From an uncultured Bacteroidota bacterium (GTDB lineage: Bacteria; Bacteroidota; Bacteroidia; UKL13-3), in NCBI GenBank assembly GCA_903883965.1, contig CAISCU010000006.1, positions 4,103 to 68,102 on the forward strand: DNA of 64,000 bases, in the 5' to 3' direction. A program made the position numbers and the translations under genes. Within the stretch, counting starts at the first letter, position 1. Every line of letters starts with the position of its first letter. The notes beneath the pieces are model-generated. The model worked only from the letters and a program-made list of their open reading frames with translations. It was not told the origin of the DNA and did not search any database. Positions 1 to 9,086 of this stretch are shown one piece after another.

Positions 1-8
1 TTAGAAGA

Positions 9-596
9 ATGTATGGGTATCAAAACCCGGGTCCTTCGCAGTCTACAAATATTAGAGTTAATAAAAATATTGTGCAACTACTTGATTATGAGCAGCCAGT
101 TGATATTTTAATTCTTGTAGATAATGGTCTTCTTAAGTTTGGTGGTTATCGAATAAATCTGGCAGCAGGTTTAGAAGATACCCTAATAAATGAACTAGAC
201 CCAATTTGGAATTTTTCAGGTAGAAACAGGTTGGTTGCGGAACGAGAAAGTACTGAGCAATCAACAAATATGGTTAATGAAGAGCGTTTGAACCTAACAA
301 AATTTGAAGTTGTCATCGGAAAAACTTACTTCAAACAGGGTTTTTTCAATGTTAGCGAAATATACTCTTCTGAATTAGGACCAGATAAGGCAATAATTGA
401 AATCTTACTTGGTCAAAATTCAAACAATAGCATTCTAGGATACATCAATAGGTCAGCAAATATTAATGGCTCCCCAAGAATTATGGGCGGTAAATCACTA
501 GCTGATTGGATAAAGAGAAATCTAATGATTAATGAAACCCTCACCGTAGAAATAATATCAAGTGTATCAATAAGGATTTATAAATCAGGTCTTTAA
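9..596 (+). CDS. hypothetical protein, possibly 5'-partial (no in-frame stop between window start and the ATG at 9)
   Basis: 195-aa ORF with no recognisable motifs; followed by a hairpin terminator. Confidence 0.4.
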   Translation: MYGYQNPGPSQSTNIRVNKNIVQLLDYEQPVDILILVDNGLLKFGGYRINLAAGLEDTLINELDPIWNFSGRNRLVAERESTEQSTNMVNEERLNLTKFEVVIGKTYFKQGFFNVSEIYSSELGPDKAIIEILLGQNSNNSILGYINRSANINGSPRIMGGKSLADWIKRNLMINETLTVEIISSVSIRIYKSGL

Positions 597-670
597 TATA
601 GATTATCTAATATATTTGATATTTTACAGGGGCATTTAATTCTATTTTAAAAAATAATTTCACAAGCTTC

Positions 671-700
671 AACTCCCTGCATAAACGCAGGGAGTTTTTT
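671..700 (+). terminator. Rho-independent terminator (AACTCCCTGC-ATAAAC-GCAGGGAGTT + T6)
   Basis: Perfect 10-bp stem, 6-nt loop, then TTTTTT; downstream of ORF 9..596. Confidence 0.6.
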
Positions 701-834
701 GTGCTCCAACTTCCCCTCCCAAGACCAAAAGTGTTGTCTGATATCTTCTAAAAACTTGCATTCTTGCATGCACAACTTGCACGCTTTGTTTTTGGGAAAC
801 TTAGAATAAACCTATAAAGTATTCTAAATCAATG

Positions 835-876
835 TGGTAGCCCCGACGAGAATCGAACTCACATCAAATGTTTAGG
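835..876 (-). repeat. Partial duplicate of the 3' half of tRNA-Arg (anticodon loop to CCA), an att-like direct repeat
   Basis: 837..876 matches 945..984 at 39 of 40 positions (by eye); includes an encoded CCA; no 5' half, D-arm or acceptor partner, so not a tRNA. Confidence 0.6.
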
Positions 877-945
877 TGCTGACGAAGCTGAGCATGTCAG
901 CATCCTGACTGGCTATGCCACGTCAGTGAAAACACTTTTAAAAAG

Positions 946-1017
946 TAGCCCCGACGAGAATCGAACTCATATCAAATGTTTAGGAAACATCTATTCTATC
1001 CATTGAACTACAGGGCC
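946..1017 (-). tRNA. tRNA-Arg (anticodon CCU)
   Basis: Cloverleaf folded by hand from the reverse complement: acceptor GGCCCTG/CGGGGCT (2 G-U pairs), D-arm GTTC-AATGGATA-GAAT, anticodon arm GATGT-TTCCTAA-ACATT, 4-nt variable loop, T-arm ATGAG-TTCGATT-CTCGT; 72 nt. Confidence 0.7.
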
Positions 1018-1153
1018 ATTAGAATTCAAATACAGCTTGATTTAAATTCAGGCACCAAAAATACATGTTTTGAATCAATTCTTTGCAAAGTCATCGCTTA
1101 CTTTGTTGATTTGAATTGCTAAATTTACCCTGTTTTAAAACAATTAACCCAAT

Positions 1154-1489
1154 ATGAAACCCTTTTATATACTAGCCCTATTTTGTTTATTGAGTGTGTT
1201 TGCCCAAGCGCAAAAAGTATATGCTGTAGATTATGCTAACCAAGCAGATGTAAAAGTTTTTGTGGTAAAGTACGAAAATCAGGCTGACTTAAAAGTATTT
1301 AAGGTAAAGTACGAAAACCAAGCAGGTTCAAACAATGGCAAATGGTATTTTACGCAGTATGCCAATCAAGCCCAGAAAAAAATCTTTTTTGTAGATTACG
1401 AAAATCAGGCCGACCTCAAAATCTATTTTGTAACCTACGAAAACCAAGCAGGATGGATCCACTCTTCTAAAAAGGCTTTGTTATACTAG
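1154..1489 (+). CDS. Small secreted protein made of six ~12-aa tandem repeats (K-V-F-x-V-K-Y-E/A-N-Q-A-D/G)
   Basis: Signal peptide MKPFYILALFCLLSVFAQA; repeats YANQAD/YENQAD/YENQAG; 111 aa. Confidence 0.7.
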   Translation: MKPFYILALFCLLSVFAQAQKVYAVDYANQADVKVFVVKYENQADLKVFKVKYENQAGSNNGKWYFTQYANQAQKKIFFVDYENQADLKIYFVTYENQAGWIHSSKKALLY

Positions 1490-1499
1490 GTTTTAAAAT

Positions 1500-2645
1500 T
1501 TACTGCCCTGCGTAAATAAACATATTGCCACCAAATAAGGTAGGCTGCATCACATTGAAAGCAGCGCCACCTCCCGTACTGTTTACATTGTTGTTACCAT
1601 TGTAACCGCGGTCGGACATTTGAACAGTACCATTGTTCCAGCCACCTCCGTCGCTCCAATGTGCGCCAAAACTATGGCTGTGACTTGGCATTTCATTTAC
1701 GGTTTGGGTATGGCTTTCTTCACCAACACTATTACCCATGCTGCGGGCACTTAAACCTGCACCCGAACCAATGGTTCCTGGTACCCGGCCTCTAAAATCA
1801 GGCAAAGTAAAAGTGGTACTTCCGTTTCCTGCTCCAAATGAAGTGCCAATTAATGCAAATAAACTGGCGTAGGTGGTTCTAGAAACAGTTGCGCCATTGC
1901 ACAATAACCAGCCGTTGTGGTTGGCTCCTTGTGCAGAATATTTATAATCTCCAATGCTGTAGGGTAATTGCCAACTGGCTAAACCATTGGCATCTGAAGT
2001 GAGCACCTTATTGGCTGCTTGGTTCCCGTCTACCATTTTGATGCTTCCATTAACATCCAATTTGGCACTGGGTGTAGTTGTTCCAATACCCACTTTACCA
2101 GTTCTGTAAATGTCGGCTGTTTTGTTGCTGCCAGCATCGGTTGTACTTCCGCTTAAATACCAAGCTGTGTTGGAGGGTGCTGTATAAGTAACATAAATGC
2201 TGCCATTGTATGACCATAAGCTGTTGTCAACCGAACTGATATAAACATAATTGGCACTTGCTGGGTAATTGGGAGTAAATACTACCCCTACTGTACTAGG
2301 CGTGGCTTTGTCAAAATTTACAACGGCATCGGGTTGTTGGTTCATGATTCTTTGCCAAGCACCTCCATTGTAATAATAATAACCCGGTGTAACTGCATTA
2401 GGCGATGTGCCTGCACTTGCTGTATTATAAACCAGTAAGCCTTCGGCCGGATTGCTGATGGTGGCCTGGTCATTAGTACCTGTTAAAGCAATTCTAGGAG
2501 GTAAAAAACCTTTGTTGGTTGATGAAATGTCTAGTTTGGCTGAATTGTTAGGTGAGTTTGTACCTATACCTATTTGTGCAACTACATTTTTGCTTAAAAA
2601 TAAAGTTGCAAGTGTTATCAACAGAAAAGATTTATAATACCTCAT
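1500..2645 (-). CDS. Phage tail-collar domain protein (MdpB-like), secreted
   Basis: Signal peptide; two IGIGT..P.AKLD N-terminal repeats; C-terminal collar-type region (TLPDFRGRVP...GEESHTQT..EMPSHSH). Confidence 0.7.
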   Translation of the reverse strand: MRYYKSFLLITLATLFLSKNVVAQIGIGTNSPNNSAKLDISSTNKGFLPPRIALTGTNDQATISNPAEGLLVYNTASAGTSPNAVTPGYYYYNGGAWQRIMNQQPDAVVNFDKATPSTVGVVFTPNYPASANYVYISSVDNSLWSYNGSIYVTYTAPSNTAWYLSGSTTDAGSNKTADIYRTGKVGIGTTTPSAKLDVNGSIKMVDGNQAANKVLTSDANGLASWQLPYSIGDYKYSAQGANHNGWLLCNGATVSRTTYASLFALIGTSFGAGNGSTTFTLPDFRGRVPGTIGSGAGLSARSMGNSVGEESHTQTVNEMPSHSHSFGAHWSDGGGWNNGTVQMSDRGYNGNNNVNSTGGGAAFNVMQPTLFGGNMFIYAGQ

Positions 2646-2747
2646 ATAACCTGTATTTAAATTACCAAAATTGATTTAAAAAAGCTGCAATTGCTACTTA
2701 ACTTTTCATCAATTCTTACCCTATATTAGACAAACGTCTAATTCTGC

Positions 2748-3230
2748 TTACATATTTGGGTTGGAGCTAATTCTGAGTTGCGCGCCGTAACTGTTTACGT
2801 AATATTGTTTCAAGCCCCTTTTTGCTTCACCGGCTACTACACCACCATTTTGAGCAGAAAATTTAGAATGGCAACAGTTAACAAAGTTATTGCCCGAATA
2901 GGCACCACAAGCTAAAAACAAACCATTGTTTTCGAGGCTTATTTTTGCGCAACTGCTATCGGTTTGGTAGGGGCAGGCTCTATCAAAAGCCACGTATTGA
3001 TCAGTTCCAGAAAAGCCAGTATTGTATATGACAATGCCTTTGTATCCGTAATTGCTGTACATATACCCATTGGGAAATTTTAAATTGGCAGCATCGGGCA
3101 AATTCAGGTTCACATAAAAATCAACATATACTGGATTAAAAAAATCGCCAACTTGTTGATTGTCGAAACTATTTTTTTTGCATGCCCCCGTACACAAAAG
3201 CAGAAACGCAATTGCCCATACTTTATTCAT
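2748..3230 (-). CDS. Hypothetical Cys-rich lipoprotein
   Basis: Start re-picked at MNKVWAIAFLLLCTGAC (lipobox); the longer listed ORF overlaps hbd. Confidence 0.55.
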   Translation of the reverse strand: MNKVWAIAFLLLCTGACKKNSFDNQQVGDFFNPVYVDFYVNLNLPDAANLKFPNGYMYSNYGYKGIVIYNTGFSGTDQYVAFDRACPYQTDSSCAKISLENNGLFLACGAYSGNNFVNCCHSKFSAQNGGVVAGEAKRGLKQYYVNSYGAQLRISSNPNM

Positions 3231-4083
3231 AGCTGTAGAAACCCTTTCCGGTTTTTCGGCCATGCTGACCGGCATCTACTTTTTGTTGTTGTATTCTGCT
3301 TGGCCTGAACTTGCTATCTTGGTGAAAAAGTTGGTACATGCTACTGGTAACCGAAAAGTTGGTATCTACTCCAATTAAATCCATTAACTTGAAGGGTCCC
3401 ATTTTAAACCCACTAGCTTCCAACAGTTCATCCATGTCTTCATAAGTAGCAATGTTTTCTTCTAAGGCTTTTAAACTTTCAACATAAAAATGACGGGCAA
3501 CCCTGTTAACAATAAACCCTGGAGCATCTTTTGCCATGACACAGGTTTTACCCATACCATTGATTAATTCTTTGCACAATAAGGCAATTTGTGGATTGGT
3601 GGCAACTCCTGCAATGATTTCTACCAATTTCATTACTGGTGCAGGGTTAAAAAAGTGAATGCCCAAAACCCTTTCTGGGTGCGGAATTTGAGCTGCTATT
3701 TGGGTCATTGGTATAGATGAGGTATTGCTTGCCAGTATGCAAGATGGGCCATTGATTTCGGCCATTTGCTTGAAAAAACTGTGCTTGATTTCGAGTTTTT
3801 CTATGATGGCTTCAATAACCAACTCAGCTTTTACTTGTAAAATATCTTCAGTGAATACAATTTGACTAAATGCTTTTTGACTTGCTTCTGCACTGATTTT
3901 TCCTTTTTCAACCAGTTTGTCAAAACCTTTTTCTATACTTTGTTTGGCTTTTGTAAGCATGTGGGGGTTGAGGTCAAACAAAATTACCTTGTAACCCGCT
4001 TGCAGGCAAACTTGTGCAATACCTGTTCCCATAGTGCCAGCACCAGCTATTCCAATGGTTTGAATACGCGATAAATCAATCAT
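3223..4083 (-). CDS. hbd: 3-hydroxybutyryl-CoA / 3-hydroxyacyl-CoA dehydrogenase
   Basis: N-terminal Rossmann motif IGIAGAGTMGTGIA; family-typical core (ASNTSS, HFFNP). Confidence 0.8.
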   Translation of the reverse strand: MIDLSRIQTIGIAGAGTMGTGIAQVCLQAGYKVILFDLNPHMLTKAKQSIEKGFDKLVEKGKISAEASQKAFSQIVFTEDILQVKAELVIEAIIEKLEIKHSFFKQMAEINGPSCILASNTSSIPMTQIAAQIPHPERVLGIHFFNPAPVMKLVEIIAGVATNPQIALLCKELINGMGKTCVMAKDAPGFIVNRVARHFYVESLKALEENIATYEDMDELLEASGFKMGPFKLMDLIGVDTNFSVTSSMYQLFHQDSKFRPSRIQQQKVDAGQHGRKTGKGFYSYE

Positions 4084-4209
4084 GTGTGAACAAATTTAAC
4101 ATGCAATAGGCGTATATGCGAATGTTTCTTTACAAATCGAACAAAAATTTGACAGTTTAAATGATTGAGTTGTTTGAGAAAGCACTAATTTTGTAGAAAT
4201 AATTGACAA

Positions 4210-4536
4210 ATGATTACCGTTACAGAAAAAGCCAAAAATCAGATTTTCAACCTGATGCAGACTTCTGGCTACTCCGACAAACATTTTTTAAGGGTTGGGG
4301 TTGACAGCGGAGGCTGTTCTGGTTTGTCTTATAAGTTAGATTTTGATGATTTGGTGAAGGATGGAGATGAAGTGATTGAATTTGAGGGAGTTAAAGTGGT
4401 TACAGATAAAAAAAGTGTGTTGTATTTGTTTGGAACCGAACTGGATTTCTCTGACGGTTTAAACGGAAAAGGATTTACTTTCAACAATCCAAATGCCACA
4501 CGCACATGTAGTTGCGGTGAAAGTTTCGCAGTTTGA
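4210..4536 (+). CDS. erpA: Fe-S cluster insertion protein, HesB/IscA/ErpA family
   Basis: 108 aa; GGCSG motif and C-terminal CSCGESF. Confidence 0.85.
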   Translation: MITVTEKAKNQIFNLMQTSGYSDKHFLRVGVDSGGCSGLSYKLDFDDLVKDGDEVIEFEGVKVVTDKKSVLYLFGTELDFSDGLNGKGFTFNNPNATRTCSCGESFAV

Positions 4537-4578
4537 GGATAAATTTTATTTTGAGATTTGGAATTCAAATCTATTCAC

Positions 4579-4586
4579 TATATTTG
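4579..4586 (+). promoter_or_regulatory. Bacteroidetes sigma-A -7 box TATATTTG (TAnnTTTG) upstream of rpsT
   Basis: Matches TAnnTTTG about 48 nt upstream of the rpsT ATG. Confidence 0.3.
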
Positions 4587-4633
4587 CATCCCTTAATTGA
4601 GAACAATAAAGGATAATTTGATTACTAAAGCAT

Positions 4634-4942
4634 ATGGCAAACCATAAATCAGCACAAAAAAGAATTCGTAACAGCGCAACTAAGCGTTTACGCAATCGTT
4701 ACCAAGCAAAAACAACTCGTACACTTTCTAAGCGTTTGCGTTTGTCAACCGTTAAAAGTGAAGCTGAGAACTTATTAAAAGAAGTAAGTGCAATGCTTGA
4801 TAAATTAGCAAAAAGAAGCATCATCCATAAAAACAAAGCAGCTAACCAAAAATCAAAATTGGCTAAAGTTGTAAATAAAATTGGAACTGCTGCCGCTGTG
4901 ATTGAAAAGAAAAAAACCAGCCCTAAAAAAGCTAAAGCATAA
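4634..4942 (+). CDS. rpsT: 30S ribosomal protein S20
   Basis: MANHKSAQKRIR N-terminus; basic 102-aa protein. Confidence 0.9.
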   Translation: MANHKSAQKRIRNSATKRLRNRYQAKTTRTLSKRLRLSTVKSEAENLLKEVSAMLDKLAKRSIIHKNKAANQKSKLAKVVNKIGTAAAVIEKKKTSPKKAKA

Positions 4943-4962
4943 TTCAAGCAAAACATATTTTT

Positions 4963-4993
4963 AAGGCTTTCCTGAAAAGGAAAGCCTTTTTTC
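4963..4993 (+). terminator. Rho-independent terminator after rpsT
   Basis: AAGGCTTTCC-TGAAA-AGGAAAGCCTT followed by a T-run. Confidence 0.6.
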
Positions 4994-5026
4994 ATGCCTT
5001 TTTTTGTAGGTATGAAAAACCTACCC

Positions 5027-5716
5027 ATGTTCCAATCAAAGGGAATTAAGTCTTTATCGGTTGAAGACAGACCCCGCGAAAAACTCATAGATAAAGGCCG
5101 CTCTAGCCTTACCAATACAGAGTTGTTAGCCATCATTATAGGTGCAGGAAATGCACATGCCAGCGCCATTGATTTATCTAATCAATTGCTACAAATGGCC
5201 AATTACAACTTGAACGAGTTGGCTCAATTTACCATTCAGGATTACCTAAAAATTAAAGGAATTGGACAAGTAAAGGCCATTGCTTTGGTAGCTGCTTTTG
5301 AAATTGGTAGAAGAAAAATAGATTCAGCCGTACTACAGAAGCCAATAGTTTCCAATAGTAGAGAGGCGTATAACCAGCTAGCGGGTTTGATGTCGGACCT
5401 GAAACATGAGCAATTTTGGGTATTGTATTTGAACCGTGCAGGTAAGTTGCTTTCAAAAGTAAAAATCAGTGAAGGGGGCACTGCTGGTACAGTCGTAGAT
5501 CCTAAATTGGTGTTTTCTCAGGCTATTAATTTATTGGCAAGTACGCTTATTTTGGCGCATAACCATCCATCGGGGAATAATCGCCCAAGCGATGCAGACA
5601 TAGCTATTACCAAGAAAATAAAAGAAGGAGCTGTATTGCTTGATTTATTTGTTGCTGATCACATTATTATTTGTAACCAAGGATTTTACAGTTTTGCAGA
5701 TGAAGGGATGCTCTGA
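5027..5716 (+). CDS. radC: RadC-family JAB/MPN domain protein
   Basis: HhH region KIKGIGQVKAIA; JAMM motif HNHPSG..PS..D; start picked at MFQSKG (a longer ORF from 4994 is possible). Confidence 0.8.
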   Translation: MFQSKGIKSLSVEDRPREKLIDKGRSSLTNTELLAIIIGAGNAHASAIDLSNQLLQMANYNLNELAQFTIQDYLKIKGIGQVKAIALVAAFEIGRRKIDSAVLQKPIVSNSREAYNQLAGLMSDLKHEQFWVLYLNRAGKLLSKVKISEGGTAGTVVDPKLVFSQAINLLASTLILAHNHPSGNNRPSDADIAITKKIKEGAVLLDLFVADHIIICNQGFYSFADEGML

Positions 5717-5722
5717 TTTAAA

Positions 5723-6994
5723 TTAGCGGTATAAAGGAAATTGGTGCATCAATGCATTCACCTCTTGTTTTACTTGTTGGTGAATTTTTTCATCCTCAGG
5801 GTTCATCAACACACGGTCTATCAATGAAACAACAGTTTCCATATCTGCTTGTAACAACCCTCTTGTTGTAATGGCTGATGTACCAATTCTAATGCCTGAA
5901 GTTACAAATGGAGATTTGTCATCAAATGGAACCATGTTTTTATTGATGGTGATGTCTGCTTTAATGAGTGCGTTTTCAGCAGCTTTTCCACTTATTCCTT
6001 TGTTACGGAGGTCTATCAACATCAAATGATTGTCTGTACCACCCGAAATGAGCTCATAACCCAATTGCATAAATGCTGCAGCCATACTTTGAGCGTTCAA
6101 TTGAACTTGTTTGATATATGCTGTATAATCTGGGCTGAGGGCCTCTCCAAATGCAACTGCTTTTGATGCAATGACATGTTCGAGTGGTCCACCTTGTGTG
6201 CCTGGAAATACAGCTCCATCTAACATAGCCGACATCATTTTTAAATCACCTTTTGGTGTTTTGTGTCCCCAAGGATTTTCAAAATCTTTACCCATCATGA
6301 TTATTCCACCTCTTGGACCTCTCAAAGTTTTATGGGTGGTACTGGTAACAATATGACAATGTGGAATGGGGTCGTTTAACAATTTCCCTACAATTAAACC
6401 TGCAGGGTGAGAAATATCGGCTAATAAGATTGCACCCACGCTGTCTGCAATGGCTCTTAACCTCGCATAATCCCAGTCTCTACTATAGGCAGATGCACCA
6501 CAGATTATCATTTTTGGCTGTTCTTGTGCAGCTTTTTGTGCAACTTTATCCCAGTCTATTAAACCTGTTTCTTTTTCTACTCCATAAAAGCTAGGGCTGT
6601 ATAGTTTACCTGAAAAATTTACAGGAGAACCATGGGTCAAGTGTCCACCATGAGACAAATCAAAACCTAAAATTTTATCACCTGGGTTTAAGCAAGCCAA
6701 CATCACCGCTGCATTGGCTTGAGCGCCACTGTGCGGCTGAACATTTGCCCATACAGCTCCGAACATTTTCTTTAAGCGATCAATGGCAATGTTTTCTACC
6801 ACATCTACAACTTCACATCCGCCATAGTATCTTTTTCCTGGTAAGCCTTCTGCGTATTTGTTGGTAAGCACACTACCCATGGCTTCCATAACTTGTTTAC
6901 TCACAAAATTTTCTGAAGCAATCAATTCCAAACCTGTTTCTTGTCTGTGTAATTCTTCCTGAATCAATTTAAAAATTTCTGTATCTCTTGTCAT
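5723..6994 (-). CDS. glyA: Serine hydroxymethyltransferase
   Basis: 423 aa with canonical SHMT sequence throughout. Confidence 0.95.
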   Translation of the reverse strand: MTRDTEIFKLIQEELHRQETGLELIASENFVSKQVMEAMGSVLTNKYAEGLPGKRYYGGCEVVDVVENIAIDRLKKMFGAVWANVQPHSGAQANAAVMLACLNPGDKILGFDLSHGGHLTHGSPVNFSGKLYSPSFYGVEKETGLIDWDKVAQKAAQEQPKMIICGASAYSRDWDYARLRAIADSVGAILLADISHPAGLIVGKLLNDPIPHCHIVTSTTHKTLRGPRGGIIMMGKDFENPWGHKTPKGDLKMMSAMLDGAVFPGTQGGPLEHVIASKAVAFGEALSPDYTAYIKQVQLNAQSMAAAFMQLGYELISGGTDNHLMLIDLRNKGISGKAAENALIKADITINKNMVPFDDKSPFVTSGIRIGTSAITTRGLLQADMETVVSLIDRVLMNPEDEKIHQQVKQEVNALMHQFPLYR

Positions 6995-7144
6995 AAATCA
7001 AGTATTAGTCTTGCAAGTTATTTGAACTTCATTAAACCCAAAAGCTTTTTTATGAATAAATTTCAGCTAACTGTATAAATTTAAATACCATTTAAAAAAA
7101 AGACTTTATACCTTGCAGTACAATCCAAACATTTTCAAAAAATC

Positions 7145-8137
7145 ATGAAAGCAATTATACCTGTTGCAGGCATAGGAACCAGGCTCAGACCACATACGCA
7201 TACACAGCCTAAGGCTTTAATTCCAATTGCAGGTAAGCCGATCTTAGGTCATATTACAGAATACCTTCACAAACACGGTATTAATGAGTTTATTTTTATC
7301 ATTGGTTATTTGGGCGATAAAATTGAACAATACATACTCAAACAGTTTCCAGATATTCAAGCAAAATTTGTTATTCAAACTAGCGGAAAAGGTGTGGGTC
7401 ATGCCATTTGGTTGGCAAAAGAACACGTGCAACCCAATGATGAAATTTTAATTGTTTTTGGAGATACCATTGTAGATTTAAACGCAGATGCAGTATTGAA
7501 ATCAGACTGCTCTATGTTAGGGGTTAAGAAAGTGGAAGACCCAAGGTTATTTGGTGTTGCCGAAATTAACAAAGAAGGCTTTATTACCAAAATGGTTGAA
7601 AAACCTACCATACCAAAAAGCAATATGGCTTTGGTAGGTGTTTATAAAATAAAAGAAAGCGCCATGTTGTTTGAAGCCTTAGAAAACAACATTGCCAAAA
7701 AATTAACTACGCACGGAGAATACACACTCACCGATGCTCTAATGGGCATGGTAGAACAAGGGGTTCAGTTTAAAACCTTTGATGTAGACAATTGGTTTGA
7801 TTGTGGCAAAAAAGAAATTTTAATTGACACCAATGCCTTGTTGTTAAAGCGTCTGAATTACGATACCACAACCTACCAATTCGAAAATACCATTATCATT
7901 CCACCAGTTTTTATTGGTGAAGGATGCAAAATTAGCAACAGTATTGTGGGGCCAAATGTTTCTATTGGTGAAAATGCTATATTAAATTATGCAACAGTGA
8001 AAGACTCTATTATTGGGCCTTATGCACAAATAGAATATGCTATTCTACACCGATCTTTAATTGGCAATGATGCTTCGCTTAAAGGTATGATTCAAAGTTT
8101 AAATATTGGCGACAGTACTGAAATAAATTTTGGATAA
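7145..8137 (+). CDS. Sugar-phosphate nucleotidyltransferase with C-terminal left-handed beta-helix (hexapeptide repeats)
   Basis: N-terminal IPVAGIGTRLRP..PK nucleotidyltransferase motif; C-terminal hexapeptide-like repeats; paralog of 24134..25144. Confidence 0.7.
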   Translation: MKAIIPVAGIGTRLRPHTHTQPKALIPIAGKPILGHITEYLHKHGINEFIFIIGYLGDKIEQYILKQFPDIQAKFVIQTSGKGVGHAIWLAKEHVQPNDEILIVFGDTIVDLNADAVLKSDCSMLGVKKVEDPRLFGVAEINKEGFITKMVEKPTIPKSNMALVGVYKIKESAMLFEALENNIAKKLTTHGEYTLTDALMGMVEQGVQFKTFDVDNWFDCGKKEILIDTNALLLKRLNYDTTTYQFENTIIIPPVFIGEGCKISNSIVGPNVSIGENAILNYATVKDSIIGPYAQIEYAILHRSLIGNDASLKGMIQSLNIGDSTEINFG

Positions 8138-9086
8138 AATGAGCAATGCAATCACCCAATTATTTGGCATAGAACACCCAGTTATACAAGGTGGAATGGT
8201 TTGGTGTAGTGGCTGGAAACTGGCATCGGCAGTCAGTAATGCGGGTGGACTTGGCCTGCTTGGGTCGGGAAGTATGAGGCCCGATATGTTGAAAGAACAG
8301 ATTCAAAAATGCAAACAAGCCACTACAAAACCTTTTGGGGTGAATGTTCCGTTATTGTTTCCTTATGCTGAAGCACATATACAAACCATTATAGACGAAA
8401 AAGTTCCAGTTGTTTTTACTTCGGCAGGTAACCCAGCTTTATACACTTCTAAGTTAAAATCACACGGCATTAAAGTGGTGCATGTAATTGCCAATACCAA
8501 GTTTGCATTGAAAGCAATTGAAGCTGGTGTTGATGCTCTGGTTGCAGAAGGTTTTGAAGCGGGAGGACACAATGGCAAAGAAGAAACCACTACCATTTGT
8601 TTGGTTCCCGAAATCAGAAAACTTACCAATTTGCCTTTGCTTGCTGCTGGAGGTATAGCTTCTGGTTCTGCTATGTTAGCAGCCATGGCGTTAGGAGCAG
8701 ATGGGGTTCAAATAGGTTCTGCTTTTGCAGTTTGTGAAGAATCTTCTGCGCACTTGCTTTTCAAAGAAAAAGTGATCACTTGCAATGAAGGAGCTACGGC
8801 TTTGACCCTAAAAGACATTACTCCTGTTAGGCTCATTAAAAATGAATTTTATGAACAAATTCATGCTGCCATTGCTGCTGGTGCAACCAAAGAAACGCAA
8901 TTGGAAATACTAGGAAAGGGTAGAGCCAGAATGGGCATGTTGGAGGGCAATTTAACAGAAGGTGAATTGGAAATAGGGCAAGTGGCTTCTCAGTTAAAAG
9001 CAATCAAACCTGTTTCAGTTTTTATGAAAGAATTGATACAGGAATACCAGCTTGCCTTACAAAGAATTCAACAGCAATTGGTTTAA
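8130..9086 (+). CDS. Nitronate monooxygenase / FabK-like FMN-dependent oxidoreductase
   Basis: IQGGMVW..S...LASAVSNAGGLG and a TIM-barrel glycine-rich region. Confidence 0.75.
   Translation: MDKMSNAITQLFGIEHPVIQGGMVWCSGWKLASAVSNAGGLGLLGSGSMRPDMLKEQIQKCKQATTKPFGVNVPLLFPYAEAHIQTIIDEKVPVVFTSAGNPALYTSKLKSHGIKVVHVIANTKFALKAIEAGVDALVAEGFEAGGHNGKEETTTICLVPEIRKLTNLPLLAAGGIASGSAMLAAMALGADGVQIGSAFAVCEESSAHLLFKEKVITCNEGATALTLKDITPVRLIKNEFYEQIHAAIAAGATKETQLEILGKGRARMGMLEGNLTEGELEIGQVASQLKAIKPVSVFMKELIQEYQLALQRIQQQLV

Noticed and set aside
835-944. Possible second tRNA gene next to tRNA-Arg
   Set aside because: Only the 3' 40 nt are tRNA-like. The upstream part has no D-arm and no acceptor partner when folded by hand. 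It is a partial duplicate, not a gene.
2748-3230. Rieske-type Fe-S assignment for the Cys-rich lipoprotein
   Set aside because: No CxH...CxxH pattern. The cysteines are not accompanied by histidines.
2452-5481. Short ORFs from the track (2452..2637, 3160..3378, 3862..4074, 4096..4284, 4329..4568, 4699..5169, 5242..5481, 5253..5456)
   Set aside because: All are antisense to or overlapping well-supported genes (tail-collar, hbd, erpA, rpsT, radC). No motifs. They are typical shadow ORFs.
8363-8686. 107-aa antisense ORF inside the FabK-like gene
   Set aside because: Fully embedded antisense to a conserved gene. Ala/Pro-rich composition is typical of reverse-frame artefacts.
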